From positions 1,550,001 through 1,614,000 of the forward strand of contig CP089278.1 of assembly GCA_023920165.1 (NCBI GenBank): a stretch of DNA of 64,000 bases. The letters run 5' to 3'. Shown piece by piece: positions 49,769 through 60,166 of the stretch. A model generated the notes under the pieces. That model was not told the origin of the DNA and ran no database searches. It worked only from the letters and a program-made list of their open reading frames with translations. This DNA comes from Curvularia clavata. Taxonomy: Eukaryota. Numbering within the stretch: the first letter of the stretch is position 1; each line of letters starts with the position of its first letter. A program made the translations under genes and the position numbers.

Positions 49769-50003
49769 ATGCATAAAACGAGGAGTCCATGAGAAGAGTT
49801 CCCAGGTGACACTCGCTGTATGTACGTGCGGTTGATGTTCTTTAAACCAGGCTTGTATATTTTGAAACTTGTAGTAAACAAATTCAAGCGATTTATTTCA
49901 TCTAGTCTTGTCAATGCCACATTGCTTCCCAAAACTCATGAAAACCTAATCCCCAAATACCCGGATTGATAACATTTCCTCAGGCAGAAATCGCTCCGGT
50001 GGA

Positions 50004-51194
50004 CTATATGTAGTGCATCCACTTGTCATCCCTCTCAGCTTTGTTGCTGTCGACTTCACACATGATCCACCCACTCAACGAATGGATCGAATCGGGTTCA
50101 CCGTCCTCTTTTCCGCCAGCCTCGACGTCAGAGTCACTGCTACTTGTACATCTGATACCAAGCGACCCTGCAACCATCTCAATATGGTATTCCTTGTCGT
50201 TATATTCGACCAAGACAGGCACAGAGGCATAACCCGTCGGAATCTCCTCAATCTCGACACGGTCATACGCCATGCCATCCAACTCGAGCACCAGATTCCT
50301 ACTATGAAAAGGGATCCTTGCCCTCTTTGAATCATGCGAGCACTTGCCCTGATTATTCCAAAAGCAAAAGGCCGTTAGCCAGCCCCCAAGGTACGAAGGA
50401 CCACTGCCCCCACTCGACTCGTGCGCAATTCTACCCCAGAAGTCGAGCGATGCTGCGTCCTGCGCAGGATCAAATGTCGCGAGGAAGCGGCGTAACACAG
50501 GACGAAGCAAGTCGGCGAACTTGCTCGTTTCAGGTCCTAAGTTAGGGAACTTGTCGAGTCGGACGAGAATATCCTCGTAATCCGCGCGCTCGCCTAGTAG
50601 CGTGATAGAAGGGAGACCGCACATCAGTTCATATCCGTATGAGAAGTAGGCTTGCATGCTTTCCATCATGAGGACGGCAGCCGTAGTGCGATCGTTAATA
50701 GTCGTGGTACTGAAGGCAGGCATCATCCAGTCGCGTAGATCAAGGATTTTCACATTCGCTTATATCAAGGCCGTCATGCGGCGGGCCAGCGCGCCCATAT
50801 CAACGCTTTGGATGGTCCCAACTTCTTTCACCCTGAGCTCCTTTTGGCCTTGGTGGCTCACGAAGTGGTCGCGCAGGGCTTCGGCATTGGAGAAGCTAAG
50901 TTGGGAGAGAATAGCGAACCAGACGTCGTCAGGCCGGATGGTGAGGTGATGGTGATGGTTGTAGGCGTTTAAAGCGGCTTTCACAAAGCCATTAGATGAG
51001 GGAACGAGATGGCTGTTTTCAAAGGCATGTTTGGAAAAGGAGCTCTGGATGATGCCTTTGGAGAATCGGGCGGATGATGGACTTGTGCCTTCGAGCAGCG
51101 CCTGAATCAATGTTGCCTTCATGTATCTAAAGGCTTTGGACCCATGGTCTGCTACTTTCAGGGTGACATGCATTGTCGCTCGTGTGTTTGCCAA
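50004..51194 (-). pseudogene. DUF4419-family gene interrupted by an in-frame TAA at 50762-50760
   Basis: Two ORFs in the same frame: ...SSNGFV.A...AYNHHHHLTIRPDDVWFAILSQ...RRMTALI*ANVKILDLRDWMMPAFSTTT...CGLPSITLLGE...GWLTAFCFW. No splice sites flank the stop. Confidence 0.8.
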
Positions 51195-53158
51195 GTGATG
51201 TGAGGATGGTAATGGGAGTTGTTGAGACGGAGATTGCGGCTGGGAGGACGGTGTATTTGTAGGCAGCGGTACGCTGCGTTGCGTTGCGGATTCTCACTAC
51301 ACCACTAGTTTGAAAAGTTCAGGCAGACTCTTATTGGGCTTGTACTTGTTGGTGATGTTGTGAATATACTAGGGTTCTAGTACGTGTACTACTATGGTAC
51401 ATGGATTGGAAATACGGGGCTCGCCTACATAGGTACCTATCTAGGAGTTTGGTGCCGAGCGCTGTTCGTGTCGCTACTTTGACTACAATATCTCTTTTTT
51501 TGGCCTTTGATCTTCAGTGGGTTGGGTCTCTTTGTATTTCACATCGCTGCCTATCACTGCTGCTTACCTCTACCTCAGCTGCAAACTAGGTGATGCCTTG
51601 AATGCAAAACAATGGCGTAGTCTCTCGATCTGCGGGGTAGGTAAAATCTCGGCTGCGGACGGTACTAGGTATATTAAAGCGGATTCTTTCTCGGAGTTTG
51701 CCATACCTACTGTCCCTCGTAGTACCAACAAAACTATCAGCGTGCCTCAACTGTGCCTTATAATGCCAGCATGACTGTTATTATGCCTTAGTATCTCCAA
51801 GTCCAGTAGTCTGACCATGCTACTAGACCTATATCTCTACCTCTCAAAAATTCCAATCATTTGTTTTGTGAACAGGAAAATAACGGACTTTTGTCCTTCT
51901 TGCATAATGAGCTAGGTTATACTGAGTAGGGATTGATTATATCAAAAAGAAGGGTATTTTGTTCGATTAGTTTCTCACCTTTGCCTACAAGAGGATTAGA
52001 TAGACTACAAGTGCAAACGGTTATTCCGCATCTCCCTATCTTGTAGAAACAAGACGACTTCAAGTCTATCAAAGGACGCAGCTTGTAATTTCAAAGGTTA
52101 TTGTAGTTATTACTATCTGTTAAAAGCTAGCAGTCAGCAGATAAGCATCTAAAAACACATCCTTACGCATGCTTGCCCAAAGTACTTGACAATACCACAA
52201 GCAGTAAAACATCCGCATACCCACTTCCTTCCTTCCTTCCGTCCCGTCTCCTTTCGATCCAAACCCCAAACCTCAACATCCAAGCTGGGCCCTAAAACCA
52301 TCCCATCCACAGCACTTACACCTCATATCTCCCTTTCTTTAACCATTAGCTTACCCGCCTATCCACCTACACACTCGACCAATCTCCCCCTACCACCGCT
52401 TCCCGGGCGGACCCACATTAGTGAAAAAACAAGGCGGAGACCTCGACTCCACTTTTGCTGCAGGTACGTGGGTGCGCGGGTGGCCCTTTTTTTCTTCTTC
52501 TCTTCATCCCTTCCGCCCCCGGAGATAAGTGGTATGTAGCATTTTGCCCGGGGTGGAGAAAAGAAAAAAGGGGGATGAGAGGAGTGTGGTCGTGACTGTG
52601 TCTGTGTGGAGAAACGCGTGAGAAAAGAGACGAAAAAGCCAAAAGTTTCCAAGCAAATACCAAGCCAAGACGATGAGTAAGTATGGCAAGCGGAGTGCGA
52701 TTTACTTTTCTTCTTACCAAGAACCAAGGTAATTAAAGGGGGGCTTTGGCGCAGTATATTGGGATCCAGGCCACGGGCGAAAAGAAAAAGATAAACAATG
52801 CGGTTCATGCAAGCTAAACTCGTCGAATGTTGGACACTGAGAAAGGGACACTGAAATTGATAGCTGAAATTTGCTCATTGAGGTATCTCGATTTGTTCAT
52901 TATTACCACGGACTCTGAGAGGTTTCAGAAAGTCCGCCAAACCATGCCGCCATTCCTCCCATGGAGGGAAGGAAAAAGCCCATGTAAAATAGGTTGTACG
53001 CGAATATTCAAACACATTATGCACAAGCTCCTTTGCCCGTCCGACGTTCCAACATGAAGCTGTATGGCTTTCGTATCGTGGGTCGTGTATTCTTGTCTTT
53101 CAACTCTCCGTCGCAGGAAGCTGCAGCTTCCACTTCCCCTCAAAATGACATGGGTATC

Positions 53159-53409
53159 TTACGCGACACCCTTGGCGGCTTGCCTCTGTTATTGTTGTTA
53201 GCATACCATTGGAGTAGCACAAGGAAGGTGATGAATGTAACACATACCTTCTTATTGATGAACATGGCAATGAACAGGATGGCGACGACGAAAACAATGC
53301 AGAGGACGACAATAACACCAGGCTCACGCTGGGCCCAGTTGTCGCGCTTGGCGAGCTGGTGGAGAGTGTACTCGGCGCGAGCGGCGAGGGGCATGCTGAT
53401 GGCGGCCAT
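53159..53409 (-). CDS. 62-aa single-pass membrane microprotein; 2 exons
   Basis: Exon 53409-53248, intron 53247-53186 (GTATGT...GCTAAC...CAG), exon 53185-53159. Product MAAISMPLAARAEYTLHQLAKRDNWAQREPGVIVVLCIVFVVAILFIAMFINKKRQAAKGVA*. Good start context (ACAATGG). Confidence 0.8.
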
Positions 53410-55162
53410 TGTGTATGTAGGTTTCTGCGCGAGAAAGAAAGTCAACGAGAAGTTCGAGGAGGATGCGATGCGGAAGCAAGTTTCGCGGAGCTCTAGATGT
53501 AGCAAGACCGAGAAAACGCGATTGACGGGCGGTCGGACGCGAGCTCGGCGATCTTGTACGAAGGGGGTTGGGGAAGTTGCCCAAGCCCTTGGCCCGTGTT
53601 GCAAACCTATACAACGTTTGGTTGGGCGGGAAGATACGACGGCGCGATGTAATGGTCCATCGTCGTGCGAACAGAGCTCCAGCGAAAGAAAAAGGCGGTG
53701 GCGCGGAAGGCTTACAGTTACGAAATGAATCGGACCTTGTTGAAGATTGGCAAGCTGGGCAGGAGGAGAGACAGCTGGTCAGCGCGATTGGAGTCAACCC
53801 AGGATACGATGGAGCTTGGCGGTGGGAATTGAGATGGCGCAGGTGGAACAGCGGTGCAGCGTCAAACAGCGAAAACAGAAGCCTTAATACAGGAGGTGCT
53901 GATAGTCCGCTTTTTAAATCCGCCGCCTCGCCGAAAATTTCTGCAGTTAATGAGGCATTTTGAATGGCCCCGGGTCCTAGCGGGTTGCCCGGGAGCTCCA
54001 AGCTTGCAAGGGTGGGTTCACACAGCTCGGCCGGGGTGGCAGAGGCAATGACGGAATGATTAGTAGCACGTACCTCTGTCTTGCGCGCAAAAGCTTCACG
54101 TCGTATGTTGACGAGGACCGGTTATGGGATCTTGATATAAACTTGTTGTAGACTGCAAAAGTGAGATGATGCGATGCAAGAAGCAGTAGTAGAGTTGGGA
54201 TGGAAAGGCCTGAAGAATGGGTGCTGGGAGCTAGCACGTTGCGACGAAGGGTTGAGGAAGCTAGCTCGAGTGCTGGGATGGAGGAGCGACGTCACGTGCG
54301 GCCAATGACGCGACAGGCAAAGGCACGGTTTCTGGTCGATAAGACGGACCCGAACCGCCTGCAATCAGCTTTCCTATCGTCAGGTATTGACCACGACGAA
54401 GGGCCTTGGAGGGCTCCCCAGATGTTTGCACCATGCTATCCACCTGCAGTCCAGTCTTCTCTCCACAAGCGCATCGCGTTGCTGTAAGCCGCCACTGACG
54501 CTACGCGCCGGCTCCACTTGACCGCATTCAGGTTCCCTGCCACGGCTGAACCGTTGCAGGCTCTGGGTGAGCAGAAGCCGCTGCACTTATGTCATCGGCC
54601 AGTGCTTATCTCGCCTGACTGATGGTGAGTACTCGGTACATGTGTACCGTTTGCGCCGCCCCGAGTCTGCCGCGAGCCTAGAGCCGCGAGTGGGATACCA
54701 ATGCAAGACCTGGCCAGAGGCGTGCCGACCAGACCGGAAACAAAACAACTCACCCCCAATAATGCCTCATTTCCGCACCCCTTGGCTCGCCTGGCAAGAC
54801 GCGCTACGCCGATAGTGCCGACCGCCGATCAAGGAGCGTGGGATTACGGAGTAGCCTGCCTGCCGTTGCTGTGCCATCCTCACCAAGCTTCTGCTGTGCC
54901 TGTGCCCCCGCATCTTGGCGCCATTGGCGTCTTGACTGCAGTGTGAAGCATGTCTGACGCACCGCAGCACTCATGTTGACGGTGCATCCCTCTTCTCATG
55001 CCTGTGTGGGAAACGGGGCCAAAGCAAGCCAAGCACCTCAGAAGCCATACTCATTCGTCTTCATGCCATATCCTCGGCTGCAAAACCAATATTGTTGATA
55101 TCAACAAGCTTGGCATAGCGTCCGTCCTCCATGACTCGGGCTGCAGGGCATAAAGCAATTAT

Positions 55163-56239
55163 TCATCCCATCATAACAACTGCAATGTGCAACCATCCGT
55201 CAAGATACGCGGCCGCACGCACCAGCTCCTCCACACTCGCACTCAGAGGCAGAGCCGCGCCGTGGAGCACTGCCTGTGCCAGCAGGGGACTTCGCCTGCT
55301 GGGAAACAATCCGGGCATCATGTGATTCAGCGCCGTCCCAATCGTCTGTGGCTGCCCTGCTCTTGGTCAGCCTCACTCTACACCTACACCGCAACTAGAC
55401 CTACTAGACGACAGGCTTGGCGTGACCAATCTCTGCACAATCCTCAGACTTCCGGGCGTCGCCTCTTCTTGCACACCCTCCGACGCTGCGTGTGGCAAGT
55501 ATAGTCTGACCGGTAAATGTCTCAAGTTGACGCCTTGCGGGTTGAGTAGTTTCTGGTTGATGGGGTTGTACAACCCAAAGTCATGTTTCTTGACTCCTTC
55601 CCAGAGCTGGGTGCTGTCTTCCTTGCTCAGAAACATGACGGTCTTCCCGGTGCCAGTCCTCAAGTAGTCTGCCTCTTTCACACTTTGAATAAACAGATCA
55701 TGGAGATGCTTGCCATCATTGTCAAGTTGCACCAGTTGCTCGGACGGATACTCGGAGAAGTGTATCGTGAGACGCCATGGAAGACGGCCATGTTCCTCTA
55801 CCATGCCATCGAGCTGCTGTGTTGGTGCAGTATCAGCATCTGTATCTGGGGGGTACGCAGGCTCAGCACCAGAGTAGAGGTCGTAGAGGAGGCCCAGCGG
55901 ATAATGCCACTTCAGCGGAACGTCTTCGTACGAGAGCCATGCGTCCTTTGGACTGACATCCGGGTATATGAGACTGCGAGAGAAGAAGGCATGTAGCTTG
56001 TGAATCAACAGACCCAGGTAAGATAGTCGTGGAAATTGTATCTGGTAAGCTAGTCAATAAACGACGCCCAACTGACATACAATACCTCTTCAAGCACGAA
56101 CGTGTTTGCGTCAACATACTAGGTAAGGGTCCGAGTCGTCGTACGTCCTGCAATCGCCCTTGTGCAGTCGGATCTCGAGTGGGATGCTCCCGTCCCAGGT
56201 GGTCTGTCGCAGTTTACCTGCGACGTCTCTCGAACTCAT
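55163..56239 (-). CDS. ATG5: Autophagy protein 5; 3 exons
   Basis: Begins MSSRDVAGKLRQTTWDGSIPL. Introns 56119-56042 and 55404-55357. Motifs PRLSYL, PLKWHYPLGLLYD, VKEADYLR (Atg12-acceptor Lys) and YLDGWLHI. Confidence 0.96.
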
Positions 56240-56526
56240 CGAAGCGAATGCGTCCGAGATGCACGTTGCCAGCGCGTCAGCTGGAAGCCTAGGCGCCGAG
56301 GGTCGATGGTGGGGTAGTAAACAAGGCAGTCACGGGCATGGCGGGGTACTACTAGTAGGCATGCAGGGCGCTCGGGCAGACTAATCTCCAGCATTTCCCC
56401 TGGCTCTCGTGTACACGCGTCCCTGTGACAACCGCGAACGCACACGGCGTTATGTAAATCATGTACGGTGACGGCCATGTCCTTTCGTCTTCCCTGAATA
56501 ATCACGGCAGTGGTCCAACAACGTAA

Positions 56527-57299
56527 ATGGGCGCCCTACTGACGCAGAACAGCTGGACCATGGACGTGGCACTGAGCCGCAAACGCTCACGCCTGGCCCT
56601 CGATGAAGACGACGAGGATCTGACACCGCGAAGGGAACCGTCCCCCGCCCTCTCTGGGTTCGGAGACACGCTGAAAAAGTCAAAGACGCAATGCGAGCTG
56701 GAAGAGCTGGACATCATAAGCCCACAAGAGGCGTGGAATGTCGATGTAGACGCGATACTAGGCAGCCCTATGCTCGCGACTCCACCAGGTAGCAGACTGG
56801 AAGCGCATGACAACTGGGCCAGACACCAACGAGACCGGTCCGTCATCGTGCTGTGTGTACAAGGTAATGTCCAAATACACTATGAGCTACTATGGTACGC
56901 CCTGCTCCGGATCCATCCACAACCACCATTAACTCTCTCGATAGCTCAGCATTACCCGACCTCTACCGCCTCTCACCCTCCCTTCAAGCCTTTGTGCTAT
57001 GCCATGATCCTTCCACACATCGCATCTCACCATCTGCCCCTTTTTCGCTGCCCCTTATACAAGCCGCCACCCCCTCAAACAATCACTTTGTCCGCCTGGG
57101 ACTCTTACATCCTCTTGGTGGAGGGAAATTCCCACTAGACGCCCTCGTTGTAGTGGATAGAAACGCAAAGAGAAGATTGGTGCTGCCGTTTGGATGGGGT
57201 GCCGGAAAACATGCAAATACGCCTGCGGGCCGGAACATACAAAAGACACTAATGAGCTTGCTGAGGAGTTGCATTGAGCAACTGGAGCAGGAGTGCTGA
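56527..57299 (+). CDS. Hypothetical protein with a basic N-terminus and a degenerate thioredoxin/peroxiredoxin-like C-terminus; 2 exons (start at 56527 or 56559)
   Basis: Intron 56895-56944 (GTACGC...TTAAC...TAG) joins two ORFs in frame. LGLLHPLGGGKFPLDALVVVD...RRLVLP resembles the peroxiredoxin beta-strand region. Confidence 0.75.
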
Positions 57300-57491
57300 T
57301 ATGATTAGAATACCCAGAGAAGATTGAGTGCCTGCTTTTGTATACACACCGCTGAGTCTACAAGGACTATGCGTCCGCAATGCTTCATCGTCTGAAACTC
57401 GTGAGAGAATTAGAACCAAACCAACTAGTGTCTTTTACCTCTATATTGTCTCCATCATGCTCTAGGGTATCTGAACCTCTACGACGCCATT

Positions 57492-58729
57492 CTATGCTAT
57501 CTTTTCTACAGCCAGCGATCCCGATGCGTCGCCTTCTAGTGCCACAAGTCCACTCGACTCAATCTCCCTCTTCCATTTTGTAGATTCGTACCTCGCCGTA
57601 ATCACAGTAAACCTGAGCACTAGCTCATCTTGCGACTCCTCAGCTGCCGGCAAGGGTACTGGCGTAAATGTCCAGCGGCCAAACGCCCAATTCAGAATAT
57701 ATCTCGCCCTTCCCTGGGGTATTTGATCGTTGGATGCAGGTGTATCTTCCGAAGATTTGGGCGGCATAGAAGCATAGAGAATACCTTTTATCCGGTACAC
57801 TTCGTCTTTTGTTGGATCCTGCAGGAACTTTGACAATTTGAGGGTATCCACGCTCGCCTTCTTGTCCACGCTCCTGAGCGTCACACTAAGGACCTCAACC
57901 TCACTTGAATGTCGATGGTCGTGCTCATGCACATGCGCCTCGCCTTTTGTGTCTTCAGTAATACCTGCCAACCGCGCATCCAAGCCGAACACAATATCCT
58001 TGTCCACACAGCCCTTGCGGCTCTTGGTCCTTGGAATCTGCGGCTCTACCTCGAGTGCCAAAATGGCATCTTCCACATCTTCCAACCGTCTCTCGCTAAC
58101 CAGCTCGTGCTTGTTCAAAACGATAAGATCGGTATACCGTGCCTGCATTTTCGCTGTATAACTCGTGTCCTCATAACCCTTCCAGTTCTCCACATCAATC
58201 ACGCTCATGACACCGTCAAGCACGTATTTGCCCGTCTCGCGGCTTAGTCGATTCACCTCCATGGCCAGCGTAGCGGGGAAAGCGGATCCAGACGTCTCGA
58301 TCACAATCCGATCGGGTGATACATCGTTGGCAAGCGTCTCGAGCGCGTCGGATAATTGGCCGACGAGATTGCAGCATATACAGCCGTTAAGCAGTTCTTG
58401 CACGCCCGAAATGGCGGCGGACGATGCGAGCGCAGTGTCGACTTTGACGTCGCCATATTCGTTTTTGAGAAGTGCGAGTTTGTACGACGGGGGCAGTTGG
58501 GGTATAAGGTTCAGGATGAGGGCTGCGTCGTGTGATGTTAGCAGGGACTTGACATTGTGTGGATTCAGCAGTCCGTCATGTTGAAGGGCTCTGCATAAGC
58601 TCGATGGCCTTGCAGTTGAGTATCTTGTACACCCCACAATTGTGCCCGATAGGTTCCTGGCTAAGGGAAAGGCAACGTACTTGTTTTCCCCGAGCCCAAA
58701 AACCCAGTGATGATGGTGATTGGTATCAT
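57492..58729 (-). CDS. CobW/COG0523 (G3E) metal-chaperone GTPase; 2 exons
   Basis: MIPITIITGFLGSGKT|T (Walker A split by intron 58680-58523), NEYG, NGCICC, VIETSG, NKHE and His-rich HVHEHDHRH. Confidence 0.93.
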
Positions 58730-58817
58730 AACGTCAACACCCTGGACTTAGCAAGCGTGCAAGAGACAACCACCGCACGATGACGCTTTAGATCCAGATG
58801 TTGAGCTCTCCTAGCCT

Positions 58818-58987
58818 TTACGTCAAAAAAAGGAAAAAGAAAAACAACGATGTAACCGATTGGCCTAACAGCTGAGAAGGTCACTCCTGCACGTGTTTCG
58901 ACGTCTGTTTAGCTTTGCCTCCTCCCCACTAGCCCCCAAAACAGGCTAGTTTGCGTGGGCGTGTGGGCGGGGTCAACTAATGACGTC
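58818..58987. promoter_or_regulatory. ATF/CREB-type CRE sites in the CobW / hydrophilin divergent promoter
   Basis: TTACGTCA at 58818-58825 and TGACGTC at 58981-58987. TATA-like AATATAAG at ~59228. Confidence 0.45.
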
Positions 58988-59363
58988 GGCGCGCAGACTA
59001 CGCGGGGCCATGCTAATCCCAAGGGCGCAGTCGCAGCAACACATCAGGTACACTGAGCCGCAGCTAGATAAAGTAGAGCCTATCAAACATTCTCTTGGCT
59101 TATGAGCGATGCTTTCTTGGAACCTCGTCGTCAAGAACGGGTTGAGGGCTAGATCTTGATTTCCGCAGCATAGCTACTACCCGTTTCCCCCTTCCGCAGG
59201 ACCAAGAGATTACCCAAGCTTCAGACTAATATAAGTACCGCTCTTTCCCTTATCCCTTGCTTCCTCTTGTTGTGTTTCTTCATCTCCTCACAAAACAAGT
59301 TTTCCTAATCAATCTTCCTAGCTAACTTGCCTACTTACCTTTACCAACACAAACACATAAACA

Positions 59364-59780
59364 ATGGATTTCGTCAACAAGCTCGCCGGTGGCGCCCAGA
59401 ACCAAGGCAAGTCCGCCAACGAACAAGTCATGCAGGACAAGAACTCCGGCTCCTCATCTGAGGGTGGCTTCCTCGGCGGCATCGGAAACAAGCTCAACGA
59501 GGCTGCTGGCGGCGGCAAGGCCAGCGAGAAGAACGAGGATTACCTTGACAAGGGTACGTAGGGTCGCTCCTCAAGCTTCACATCGTCATGAATTTCGTAC
59601 AAAAGGCTACATACTAACAAACATGTAGGCGTCGATTTTGTTCAAGAGAAGTTCCTAGGTCAGGGCCCCCAAGACAACGAGTCTGCTCTCGAGCAGGCCA
59701 AGGACGAGCAGATTAGCGATGCCATTCGGGGACAATACAAGAACATGACTGGCAAGGATATGCCATTCAAGGACAAATAG
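59364..59780 (+). CDS. Small Gly-rich hydrophilic stress protein (family often annotated DNA damage-responsive protein 48-like); 2 exons
   Basis: Intron 59554-59628 (GTACGT...TACTAAC...TAG). Product MDFVNKLAGG...EKNEDYLDKGVDFVQEKFLGQGPQDNESALEQAKDEQISDAIRGQYK. Confidence 0.88.
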
Positions 59781-60166
59781 ATACCCACTGTCGCAAGCTC
59801 CCAGAGCCCACAGAGCCCAACTCCGGCTGGCCTTGGAACAGCGAGTTTTGCTGGGCCCCTTAGGTAAAGAGAGGTTACACATGAGGGTGTCTGTGGCTTG
59901 GCCTATGATGAGCAAGTGTAATGATAGTCACGAAATGAGATAATGGTAACCAAGGATAGTCATGGAGAGTTGTATATGTGACATCCCTTTGTGATTTCTG
60001 TCCGCTTGATGAATATCATAGTGAGAAGAAGCCCCTCTTTTACCCTATGCCTGTAATGTCCCTTGAGTACTAAAACCTAGAGTGTATCCATATTGAGTTA
60101 AGTATACAGCGATTCATCTCAATGTGCCGACGTTCATACCGTATCATACACTTTTTTGCATCCATC

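Noticed and set aside
52994..54001. 244-aa and 225-aa ORFs overlapping the microprotein
   Set aside because: No domain features. The spliced 62-aa model explains the signals better.
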